Assembly (NCBI GenBank): GCA_028534125.1
Contig: CM052817.1
Span: 71,116,001 to 71,180,000 of the forward strand
Direction: 5' to 3'
Length of the DNA: 64,000 nt
From: Lama glama
Taxonomy: Eukaryota
A model generated the notes under the pieces. The model saw only the letters and a list, made by a program, of their open reading frames with translations, was not told the DNA's origin and searched no databases. The position numbers and the translations under genes are program-made. Shown here one piece after another: positions 37,601-48,200 of this stretch (within the stretch, counting starts at the first letter, position 1; the number at the start of each line of letters is the position of its first letter).

Positions 37601-40600
37601 ACAAATGAATGTATATAGCAGAATAGAAAACAGATATAGAAAACAAACCAGTGGTTACCAGTGGGGAGAAAGAAGGTAGGCGGGGCAAGATAGGCATAGG
37701 GGGTTAAGAGATACAAACTACTGTTTATAAAATAATAACAAGGCTATATTATACAGCATAGGAAATTATAGCCATTATTTTGTAATAACTTTTAATGGAG
37801 TATATGTTAAAATACTGAATCAATATGCTATACATCTGAAACTAATATAATACTGTAAATCAATATAATTCAATTTTAAAAAAATAAGGAAATGCTAACA
37901 GAAAAATGGGAGTCAGTTACAAGGACATAGGAGCCAGCTTAAGGGGGCTCCTACTAACCATATCTGGTACAGTTTGAACACCATCAGCTCCCATGTCCTT
38001 GTGACCTGCCCCCATTTTTATTTTCAGCATTTTCTTTCTGGTATAACTAGATGGTCCAGAGCGACCTTGTACTTCAGCATTGATACCAGCCACTTCTCTG
38101 AAGATCCTTGGAAGAAAAATATTTTTAAAAATTTTAATTGTATGTTTGAACATTTTATGGAATTGTCAAAGACAGACATAGAGAAATTAAAATAAATCCA
38201 TCTCAACGATTATGAATATTCTTCTATTCTTGATTCTTTTTTAAAATCAGGACAGTATTTAAACCCAAAGAGAGAAGGATGGAAGAAGTTGAGAAATATG
38301 AAAATGAATACCCATGTTAAAATAGAATTTTCGTGTCCAGTGAGTTCCTAGCACTCCGGAAGGTCTTCCACTTCCTGTTCTCTGGGCTTAGCTTTTGAGG
38401 GAGCAAGTGGAAATAAAACATTTTCAGGGCATCTCATTGTTCTACTTGACCTTCCTCTTCCAGATAAGCGCCAGTTAACTAATCTAAATGGCCTAGTCAC
38501 ATTAAGCAACTTCCATTCTCACTTTTTGTCAATTTCCACGTCCCTGACTCTGCTTAAGCCCCTGATGGCCTCTGTCCCTCCCTTAAAATGCCCAGCCACC
38601 TCTGCACAAATAGAAGTTGAGTTCATGCTGAACCCTCTTCCCTTGTGCAGCAGTTGCTGAATAAAGTCTACCCTTACCACTTTGACCAGTGTCTGGCTTA
38701 TGCTCCACAGCCTTAGAATCCTGCCCCATCAATACCTTTTTTCTGTGTGTGCACCTTTTAAATATCAATACAGTTTTTATCAAAACAAAAAGGCTCTAAC
38801 TGTTCTGCAAATCTCAAAAGCCTGGAAACTTCTCGTTTTCACCTCTTTGTGTCAGTTTTAGCCTAGAACGTAGAAGGGATTGAAGGTCATAATGAAGTCT
38901 TGAAGAAGTGGGTGGAGACAGAAGGAAGAGTAACTTCAGGACCGCTGACACAGGCTGGAAAACCACTGGGCTAACACTGACTCTGGGATCATAAACCCCC
39001 GTGTCTGCCGTTGTGTGCTGCTGCCTGGGGGAAGGACCCTCTTTCCTTCCTTTCACCTTGTCCCCCCACCCCAAGTTCTCTTACAGTGGTGGGGGACAGT
39101 TGTAACCCCTGGAAAGGTGTCAGTACAGCCCAATTTTATGTGGATTTATAGATCCACGGAGGTGGAAGGATGAAAGAAACCTGTAGTCAAAAGAACTCAA
39201 CTCTGTGTTAAAAACTCGGAAACTGACTCTGGTCCATATGAACCTCCTTCCAGGTCTACACCTTGCTGAAAAGAACTTACACTTGAATTGCTTTTCCAAC
39301 GGGTGTGATACTTTCATTTACCTGTTTGGACACCAGCTTTCCTCCCCAGTGGACCTTAAAATGATTTTTGGATAGATAGCTGGGGTGAAGGGGGAGGGAT
39401 CTTAGGTTAAGTCAGGTATAAAAGTTAACCTGTAAACTAATGTGTTACCAACTAAGGTTGTAAGGTTGGATTCTGGCAGACGGATACTCCCTTTTCCTGT
39501 ATTACTTTTTCTTTTAAAGAAACAGTACTAGTTATATTATAAAAGAGAACAGACAAAAACATGATGAATTTTAAACCTATTGTCTGGTTATTTGTTAATC
39601 CAGAGAGATGAATATAGTCACCTGAGACAGGAATAAAGGCCAACACCAAATGTGNNNNNNNNNNNNNNNNNNNNNNNNNNNNNNNNNNNNNNNNNNNNNN
39701 NNNNNNNNNNNNNNNNNNNNNNNNNNNNNNNNNNNNNNNNNNNNNNNNNNNNNNGAACAGGTTTGGAAGCGTCACAGTTGAGTCTGTTTGCAAATAACAC
39801 CCAATGTTTGAGCATGCGCCAAGTGAGCACTTTACTGAATGCTTTAATTATGCTCATGTTCTCCTTTAGTCCTCACAGTGAGCCTGGGAGCTTGGTATTG
39901 TTACCTTCCTCATTCTTCAGAGGATGGTAGAGGATGGTAGCTCAGTGTGAACTTGAGCCCCGGAGGTCTGACTCCTGGCTGCCAACTTTGCCTCCTCTCC
40001 ATGGATCAGCCATCGTGTCCCTGACCTGAGGGGAGGGTGAGCTGGGACGCACCAGCTGGAGCGCCCACAGTCCCACTCTGCCCAATAGAATCACAGATGG
40101 AACGTTAGCAGTGGCTTCCTAAGCTCTGAAGTTAATCAGTGGTGGAGGGGGGAAAAAAAGTGTTTCGATTTAAGGGAGAAAATGCATTTTTGAAAACTGA
40201 TCCCGTTGTGACTTTTCAAAATGGATAGGTATATGTATCTTTGTGTACAAACAGAAGGTTTCTGGAGATAAAGTTTCGATGTGATTACCTCTAAGGGTAT
40301 TTAGGGAATGCCAGAGAGAGGGGCCTTTCTATTTGGATTGTGAGCCCACATTTTAATTTTTTCTTTACTTTTTAGGAAGTTGGTGATATGTTTACTTGCA
40401 TTAAAGTTTAAAAAATCTAAAAAGGTGGCCAATGGAGTTTTCCTCCTACAGTCCTCCCAGTACCATATACCTACAACTATGAATTGTTTCAGATTTTATC
40501 TATGTACAAACAAAAACAAATTATTGTTTTGTTCCCTAAAGGTACCTGCTATTATACACTATTCTCACCTTTTTTCACTAACAGTATATCCTGGAAAGAT

Positions 40601-43505
40601 CTCCATATTAGTACATAGTGTTCTCATTATAGCTGTATGATAGCTTGATGGAAAAATGTATATCCTTCTATACTATTTCAGTTTTTTCCATGAACAAGTA
40701 TTACCTTTATAATTTAAAAAATGGTTTATCAATGAACTATTTTGGCAATGTGATCACTCATTAATGTATGTTTTATAAATTCTTGTTTTTTTCAGACCTA
40801 TTTAATGCACTTTTGTTCCTTTTCTTTTTTTAAAAAAAATTTTATTCCATTTTTTTGGAGTTTTTTTTTGGGGGGGTGGAGTAATTAGATTTATTTACTT
40901 ACTTATTTAAATGGAGGTACTGGGGATTGAACCTAGGACTTCGTGCATGCTAAACACACACTCTACCACTGAGCTATACCCTCCCCTCTTTTTCTTGCTT
41001 TTTTCCCTCAAGTCAGTGCACTGTAAACTGAACAGTCATTTTTTTACCCCTCAGATGAAAGCCAAAATAGAAGATCATTCAGAAGCCAAAACCAGCGGAC
41101 TCCTGTGGGCTGGGTTAGCACTGCTGTCCGTCCAGGGCGGGGCAATGGCCTGGCTCACCTGGTGGGTGTACTCCTGGGATATCATGGAACCAGTCACCTA
41201 CTTCATCACATTTGCAAATTCTATGGTCTTTTTTGCATACTTTATAGTCACTCGACAGGTGAGTAGTTTTGTTAAGGAAATGGTAAGTTATAACATCTTC
41301 TGTAAATAATTCCTGATCCAAGTCAAGTAATGAGCATTAAAACCTTTTTACTTACTGAATTACTGCTGTCTGGGGTTTTATCAGCTGTTAAATTTCGTTG
41401 TTTCCCAGAGCATGGAGATTTATATATATAGCACAGAGAAACTATACTTAACCTCTATGGAGAAGTACATAGTACAAGTTACCAAATTCCTCCATTGAGA
41501 TAAACCCATCAAACTTACATACTCTGTGCATAAATAAAATTGAATTTGTATTGCAAACCACCCAGTAACTTCAGCTCTATCTCATGATTATTTTGCCAAA
41601 AATCTCCATTTTCCTTTTCCTCTTTTCTATCCCAGTATGTGTGATTTCTCTTCCCAGCTTGCTTGCTTTTGAAAGGAGCAGCTGATCTCAAATGAGACTA
41701 AATGTTTTACTTGTGTTGCCTTATGCTCGCTCTGATGGCCACTGCAAATATTTTACCTTCCTTTACTGCCTGCCTTTGCGTTGTTGTTGCTAAGGCAAGT
41801 ATCTCTCTTGCGGAGGCAATATGTTCATTTAAAACATGCTGTCGCTTTTTTTTTTTTTTTTAGGATTATACTTACTCAGCTGTTAAGAGTAGGCAGTTTC
41901 TTCACTTCTTCCATAAGAAATCAAAGCAACAGCATTTCGACGTGGTGCGGTACAACCAGTTAAAAGAAGACCTTGCTAAGGTACCTTACTGCAAACATGA
42001 CATTTTATAACTGGTCTTGTTTGGGAGCCAGAATTTAATGTCAGGGAAACGCAATCCGGGGCTCATCCCTCACTGGTTAATCTTGTCCTCGATAGCTTCT
42101 CTGGACTGTGGTTTGTTCAGTGGAACAGCTGACATGTCTGACTAATTTCCTCCAGCTTTGTTCTTGTCTTCTGTATTCTACATGTGGGTAGCTTTAAGTG
42201 TGTATGGAAATTGTCTTAAAGTTTTTAGGAGAAAGCTTTTTCTAACTGAATATAGGTTTTTAAAGAAAAAAGTCCAGTGTCAAGCTCAAGTGCAGATTTT
42301 GTAACTGTTAAGAATATAGAAGTAGAACTTTCAAAGGTGGACACATTGATAAACAATTTTAAGCTCTCTAAAGGCATTTACAAGTTTCTCCTCCTTAAAA
42401 ATAGAATCAGTATGGTATTCCTCCAGTCATCTTTTCCATCTTCCAGATGCGAACACAGAGGTGCACACTGCTAGAGTAGGGAAACCAGGGTAGGAAGCCA
42501 AAAGTTGGACTCTGCAGCCTGTGCGCTTAAGAACCTCCATACAACCTGTCTCTTAGGCAAATTTTATCTCTGGCCTCCCAGTGGTCTCATTAGCTTTGTT
42601 CAGATGGTGACTTCTCAATTTTATTAGAAAAGTTTTTTGGAGGGGACGGTAGAGCACATGCTTAGCATGCAGGAGATCCTGGGTTCAAAACCCAGTACCT
42701 CCATTAAAAAAAATAAAAGTAATTGATTAATTAATAACCTAATTACCCCCCCAATTTTTTTTTAGTTACAAAAGTTTTGGTAAAAATATCCTCCATTGCT
42801 CAATGCATGATCATTCAATAGCCAGTAATCATCATGTCTTTTGTTACCTGTACCTTCTAAATGACCTATCCTTCAAATTTAAAGGAAAGATATTTCCTTT
42901 GTAGTCCAAAAATTGGAGATAAAGAGCCTTTAAAAAATATTTTTAAATTCCATATAATTACTTAGGAAAAATAAGATGCTTTTTAAAAAAGTTTAGTGGA
43001 TACTCCTACATTTAAGTAGAAGGCCAAAGGAATGTTCTTCCAACTAGTTTACAGCCCTGGGCATTGAAGGTTCAGAGGAGCACCCTGTGAAGTTTTTTTT
43101 TTTTAAGTAATAAAGTTGAGGAAAAACAGGAAACTGATAAATCAGAGTAGGTTTTTGTTTTTTGTTTTTGAATATGAACTGGGAAAACCACTATAAAGGC
43201 GAAAACTAACATAACAATAACCCTAAGGACATAATAGAAACCTCGAACTCATGTTTTACAAAAGGAGCCACATAAATTGTAATATTAATAGTAGGCAGTT
43301 GCCACTCATAGTTTAGATCTATGTATTGACTAAGGAGATGCTGAAGGTATAGAGTTCCTCGTGAGCAGTAATGCTCATAGGCTTGCGGTCCTTTCTGATC
43401 ACTGCCTCTTTTTCTTCCTGTGGACAGGCTACAGAAGCCCTGAGACTGGTGCGCCACTCTCTCTATTTGCAGATGCCAGTAGAGGAACTCAATGAAAAGA
43501 AGTAA
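25559..43505 (+). CDS. MCUB: Mitochondrial calcium uniporter regulatory subunit MCUb, 5'-partial gene span: exons 25559-25634, 26120-26290, 30701-30805, [gap]-39760, 41055-41258, 41864-41980, 43428-43505
   Basis: GT-AG exons splice in frame to an MCU-family protein ([19 protein letters not shown] ... [18 protein letters not shown] ... [15 protein letters not shown]). W and V stand where MCU has R and E (ARLTWWEYSWDIME), which is diagnostic of MCUb. Tail-to-tail with CASP6, as in other mammals. Confidence 0.96.
26120..26290 (+). CDS. MCUB: MCUB coding exon 3 (171 nt, N-terminal domain)
   Basis: ttttctaacag|AA ... GCAG|gtatat; encodes [56 protein letters not shown]. Confidence 0.96.
26457..26590 (+). 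mobile_element. tRNA-derived camelid SINE (Vic-1 type)
   Basis: A box TAGCTCAAGTGG, B box GGTTCAATCCC, then an AT-rich segment, ctaattacctcccc and an A tail. Confidence 0.85.
26945..27230 (+). mobile_element. 5'-truncated L1 3' end with 15-bp TSD TAAAATTTAGGATAT
   Basis: tatagcacagggaactatattcaatatctt ... cattgtaaactgactacact plus A tail; TSD at 26930-26944 and 27231-27245. Confidence 0.85.
27541..27838 (-). mobile_element. ERV1-like solo LTR inserted in an L2 end
   Basis: TGTTGA...TTAACA termini; TTTATT and TTTTATA on +; L2 text (tttattgaacacct | tgctgggcactgttct) resumes across it. Confidence 0.6.
28230..28675 (+). mobile_element. ERV1-like solo LTR
   Basis: U5-like end ctcaaatttggctcaagtaaaattttcc ... 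gattgattaattttttggcaa; 5' boundary uncertain. Confidence 0.6.
30701..30805 (+). CDS. MCUB: MCUB coding exon 4 (105 nt)
   Basis: tcattttcag|AT ... AAAG|gtaag; encodes (D)[34 protein letters not shown]. Confidence 0.95.
30986..31136 (-). mobile_element. Camelid tRNA-derived SINE with TSD ATCAGGGATTTT
   Basis: Reverse complement of the 26457 element; TSD at 30974-30985 and 31137-31148. Confidence 0.88.
31811..32101 (-). mobile_element. Younger L1 3' end nested in the old L1M
   Basis: poly-T then tttattgagttatagtcattttacaatgttgtgtcaa; near-identical in reverse complement to 61921-62105. Confidence 0.8.
36233..36439. mobile_element. Tigger2a/MER8-like TcMar MITE
   Basis: Terminal inverted repeats CAGTTGGCCCTTGAACA ... 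TGTTCAGGGGTCAACTG after a TA. Confidence 0.8.
36911..37885 (+). mobile_element. L1 3' end with inverted 5' portion (36911-~37305 on -, ~37306-37885 on +)
   Basis: The two arms are adjacent parts of the L1 ORF2 end/3'UTR in opposite orientation, ending in an A-rich tail. Confidence 0.8.
38440..38709 (+). mobile_element. ERV LTR remnant
   Basis: cccttaaaa ... gctgaataaagtcta ... tccaca, a TATA/poly(A)/U5-like layout. Confidence 0.5.
39655..39754. other. Assembly gap (100 N, probably a placeholder of unknown size)
   Basis: N run of exactly 100. Confidence 1.
39755..39760 (+). CDS. MCUB: Probable last 6 nt of MCUB exon 5 (GAA CAG = E-Q); the remainder is in the N gap
   Basis: GAACAG|gtttgg immediately follows the gap. 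The MCU-family coiled-coil exon ends in ..PLEQ at phase 0, and I found no other candidate exon between exons 4 and 6. Confidence 0.7.
40820..40986 (-). mobile_element. Camelid tRNA-derived SINE
   Basis: ggaggtactggggattgaacctaggac ... ctctaccactgagctataccc (reverse A/B boxes). Confidence 0.85.
41055..41258 (+). CDS. MCUB: MCUB coding exon 6 (204 nt; TM1, DIME pore motif, TM2)
   Basis: ttttacccctcag|ATG ... CGACAG|gtgagt; [68 protein letters not shown]. Confidence 0.97.
41864..41980 (+). CDS. MCUB: MCUB coding exon 7 (117 nt)
   Basis: poly-T tag|GAT ... GCTAAG|gtacc; [39 protein letters not shown]. Confidence 0.96.
42639..42755 (+). mobile_element. Camelid tRNA-derived SINE (A box partly deleted)
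   Basis: ggtagagcacatgcttagcatgcaggagatcctgggttcaaaacccagtacctcc ... cctaattaccccc. Confidence 0.8.
43428..43505 (+). CDS. MCUB: MCUB last coding exon (78 nt to TAA)
   Basis: ctttttcttcctgtggacag|[28 protein letters not shown], stop at 43503-43505. Confidence 0.92.
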   Translation, partial: ATEALRLVRHSLYLQMPVEELNEKK

Positions 43506-43618
43506 TCTTCCATTTTTAAATGTCAGTGAATTTTTGCATTGTGTTCATTTGCAACTTAGAAACTGGAACTTTGAGTCCTGTAGTTCATGTGAATTTGACT
43601 ATTTCAGTCTCTTTTGTT

Positions 43619-43624
43619 AATAAA
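43619..43624 (+). terminator. Candidate proximal poly(A) signal of MCUB (AATAAA)
   Basis: First AATAAA after the stop codon, ~115 nt downstream, with T/GT-rich sequence further on. An adjacent genomic A-run makes internal priming a caveat. Confidence 0.55.
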
Positions 43625-44650
43625 AAAAAAATGCTTGCAAAACACAGGTATCCTTTAATGTTCTCATTTGAGATTTTTTGGTTTGTGGATTTTCACGGCT
43701 CGTTGAGTCTGCTGCTGGAAGGAGCTTGGATGCGTCCACCAAAATCAAAGCATCTGCTGCTGCAGTTCAGCACGTGAGTTAAGATTCCTCGTAAGTGTTG
43801 TGTGTTCGTTCATTCCCATGTGAAGGTGAAGTGGTCAGTGTGCCTGACTTCACTTTGATTCTTCGGCTTCATTTAGAATCATCTTGCCATTACTTTTTAA
43901 ATTCGTAGTTGAAAATTTTTATCATTAAATATAGCTAAGATTATTATAAATTGTCACTTGAAATCATTTGTAGTCATTTGCTCTTATAGGTAGAACCATG
44001 GAGATGGCAACGCCTGTGAGTAGGGGGTTAAAGGACAGGTAAAATGTTCAACTGACGTGAAGTCCCTGTTATGACACAAAAAGAGGCATAAATGTCCCAC
44101 TGACCTTAGCATAGAGTTGGCACATGTTTTGAACTGCAACTGAAATGACATAGGCAAACTGCTTCTGAGCTAGCGACCCTCAAGTTTGCTATCAGAGCCC
44201 GAACGTAACCATCTTCGGCCTCCGGTAGGTTATTAACATGCTGCTCATTTTATATATCATATTAGTAAGAATTGAATCTTAAAAGTAATATCTATTATTC
44301 CATTAACATAACAGTCCACATGTGGGACTGCTGGACAGTGTACAGTAACTTAACACAGAAGGTACTGACAGAATCAAACTCTGCAAGTGTGTAGCCTCTA
44401 CTAAGAAGTCTCTATGTTTTATGTTTTCTATTTCCTTCTCAGAATGCCATATCTATGCATGAAATACCACTTTTTGTACAAGACTGTAATGCTCACTTTG
44501 AAAAAAATGAACTGTTCTTGAAGGCTCATTTTTTTTCAAATGTGAGTGTTCAAGTCCTATACAAAAAGTGGTAACTCATATGTAGATTTACATGACCAAG
44601 TAAAACAAGTCATCTATAAATTACACAAATAAGAATGTGAATTAGAAAAA

Positions 44651-44656
44651 TTTAAT
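44651..44656 (-). terminator. Candidate CASP6 poly(A) signal (ATTAAA on the - strand)
   Basis: TTTAAT on +, ~385 nt past the CASP6 stop and followed on - by U/GU-rich sequence. I saw no canonical AATAAA on - between the two genes. Confidence 0.45.
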
Positions 44657-45039
44657 AAAACACGAATTTCAAATATTAAAGGAAAACTAATACTTAGGAT
44701 TCAAAAACCCTTAAAAAGATTAAAAAGTGTCATGTAAAAAAGTCACAAAATAAAAGTTAAATCAGCCAGATATTATGAGTAACCTTGCAATTTACTATAA
44801 AAGTCAAGTATTAGAAATGCTAATAGATTTTTAACTTATAGAAATTCCCTGAGGATTTCATTACTACATATCAAACCCCTTCACCATGTCCAATATGAAC
44901 TATTTTTTTTAAAGTTCTCTCATTAAAGCTTAAAACATTTTAAATTGCTATACCATAAACTTCAACCTGGGGATACTTCTTTTTTATAAAAAGGGAAAAT
45001 CTATTTTGAATACAGATACATAAAACAAAACAGCACTTA

Positions 45040-45278
45040 TTATTTAGATTTTGGAAAGAAATGCAGCTTCTTAGTTAGCATTGAGGCAAAGCAGGGAACC
45101 TGCTTCTTTCCAATTGCATTTGGGTCTTTACAAAAGTCTACTCGGCGCTGAGAAACTTTCCTATTCACCAGTGTGAGGAGTTCTGTGAACTCTAAGGAGG
45201 AGCCAAATTTTCCCAGCATCTCACACAAATCTTGAATGTACCATGAGCCGTTCACAGTTTCCCGATGAGAATAATAAC
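45040..45278 (-). CDS. CASP6: CASP6 exon 7 coding part (239 nt to stop)
   Basis: [79 protein letters not shown]. Confidence 0.97.
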
Positions 45279-48200
45279 CTAAAAAAGATAGGAGAGGCCA
45301 CTGAAGTTTTCTGGTTTTCAGTTACTTGGACTGAAAAACACCTTTAAAATATCTAAGTTCTCAAAAATCCTTGGAGAAGACTAAGATGTATCCAAGATAT
45401 AGTTTAAAATTTTTTCTGTTGACTGTTCTCAATTGGGAAAAAGATTAATTCCATATGGTTCTATGAAAATGGGGCTAATGCTATGTAATTTCCTAAAAAT
45501 TCCCAAGATAATACTAGCTAGGTAATGATTTTTGAGACTAGAATAATGCAAGAGCAGAGAACAACTGTTAAAGTATTTTTCAACAGCATTTTCCATGACT
45601 GTTAACCACAATAACAGTATCACCATCAGTCATGAATACCTTCTGCGGATACTATTCAATGTAATTCGCTTTGCAGCTTTATTTAACATAGTTCTCAGGA
45701 AGGATTTTTCTACAAGGTGGTGTCCTTTTAAATATTACTCTGATCACCTGGCACAAGGAAATCCATTTTAAGCCTGAGAGCTTCACGACAAAATCACATG
45801 TCCCAACAGGAAAGACCTCACCTAAATCAAGCCAAGGTGAAACTTACAGGAACTAAGCCAAGAAAGCCAACTGTAGGTTTGTATTAAACACCCACACACC
45901 TTCTGCCACCGAGTAGCACATGAGGAAGTCAGCTCCGGCAGGCAGTGTGTACACCGAGGCCGCGTCCACCTGGGTTACGTTGGCATCCGGCACGTCTGTC
46001 TGATGATCCACAACATCCAAAGGAATGACGGGCACATCGTGCTGGTTTCCCCGACACGCCTGCGAGACAGGAGCAGAATCCCCTCCTTCATGTATCTGCT
46101 CCTCCCAGTGCTTCACGCGGGTGCGCCGTCAGAGCTACGTCAACAAGCTGTTCCACAGGCACTTCTAAAGCAATCCACTCAGGCTGAGAGCAGAGCAAAG
46201 CTGACAGGTTTTTTTTCCTACTTATGTTTTTTTATAGTTAATGCTTAAAAAATTAGCATTCTCAACTATACACCAAACTGTGTTGATTGAAAGGAACACT
46301 GTAGAGGGCAAAGCATCTGTGGTTTTAAAATTTCTTATGGATTACCCACACCCTAGCACCAAGAGTCACCCTTTCTTTTAAAGGCTTACATATAGTATTT
46401 GTCCGTTTCTATTTAATCAGGTAATATATTCCCAGACTGGGTTTTGCTTGCCAGGCTGCTGCCATAAATTGTTAAGGGTGAAAATGACACCACGTGATGT
46501 GCCTTCTGCCTTTTGTTCCTATTTTAAAGTGAGGGCTCAAATCTTTACCCACTATTCTGACTCACACAAGGCTGACATTAATTTCGACTCTTAAATATAT
46601 AAATTGGAGCAGGGTGGGGAGGGGACAAAATTCAGCCCATAATAGTAATTTAAGTCATAACTCCTAGTATCTCAAATGTGACTATATTTGGAGATACGGC
46701 CTTTAAAGAGGTAATTAAGGCAAAATGAGGTCATACTGGTGGACCCTAATCCAGTATGACTGGTGTCCTTATAAAAGGAGACCAGGACACTGACACTCAC
46801 AGAGGAAAGACCATATGAAGACACAATGGACAAGAAGCCACCTCCCAGCCAAGGAGAGAGGCCTCAGAAGACTTCAACCCTGCTGACACATTGATCTCAG
46901 ACTTCTAACCTCCAGAACTGCAAGAAAATTAATTTCTGTTGTTTAAGCCAACTAGTCTGTGTACACAGACCTCAGAGATACTGCAGATCTGGTTCCAGAC
47001 CACCGCAACAAAATGAGTATCGAAATAAAGCAAGTCTCATGAATTTTTTGGTTTCCCAGTGCCTATAAAAGTTGTTTCCACTACAGTGTAGTCTGTTAAG
47101 TGTGCAATACCATTATGTCTAAAAACAGTACGGACTTTAATTAAAAAATTAAAGACTTTACTGCTAAAAAATGCTAACCATCACCTAAGCCTTCAGCTAC
47201 TCATATAATTTTTGCAATAGTAATGTGAAAATCACTGATCACAGATCATCATAACAAATATAATAACGAGAAAGTTTGAAATATCATGAAAATTACCAAC
47301 ATGTGAGAGACACGAAGTGAGCAAATGCTGTTGGAAAAGTGGCGCTGACAGACTTGCTTGATGGATGGTTGCCACAAACTTTACGAAAAAAAATGCAATT
47401 ATCTGCAAAGTGCAATGAAGTGACGTATGCCTGTACTTTGTTCCGGCAGCCCTAGTACACGTAATACAGCGACCTAACAAGATTCTGCCATCGTATTTAC
47501 TGTAAGTCCATCCAGCAATTCTGAAATGGTTAAAGAATCGTATGCTGTAAAAGAAAGCTCTGATGGATTTCAGTTATCAGATAAATAGAAGATCCCTAAT
47601 AACTTATTTTTACAGGGAGATTTTTATCTTATTACCAGGCGCATTCTCAGACCTTATTTTCTACTGTCTTCAACGACATGTAGGACCGCTTGGACCGTGA
47701 TGCCGTCATTTGCCACATCAACAGCAGTGACAGTAAGAGCCAGCCTTTCCTGGGGGCGTGCCACGGGCCAGGCACTGCTGGGAGTGCTCTTCATTTGTCA
47801 GGCCAGGTCTATTTATCCTCACAACCATCCTGTCAGGCAGTGCTATTTAACCCGTTTCACAGATGAAGAATCTGAGCCACAGAGAAATAAAATAACTCAG
47901 CAAAACATTTCGCTCCTTTGTGGCCCACTAGTTATTTCCAGTTATCTTGTCTGACAGTGCTGGCCACTCCCGTTTCCATGAAACAGTCACCTGTCATTCT
48001 TAGTGATTTTCCTCCTACTTCTCTGAGGGGCCACCCTCCTCAGTATCTTTCCTCGGCTCATTCCGCACTGGTGGCCCTCAGCTCCGTTTTACACTCATTT
48101 TTCAGGCTATACTTGACAAGGGGAAACTCATCTACTCCCGTGGTTGCCAGTACCATCCATCTGTCTCATTACTCCCAAATTTGTTTCTCCAACCCTGGCT

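Noticed and set aside
40911..41054. SINE-derived ATG in frame with exon 6 as an alternative MCUB start
   Set aside because: No promoter evidence, and the open frame is plausibly chance. Only the alternative acceptor was kept as a finding.
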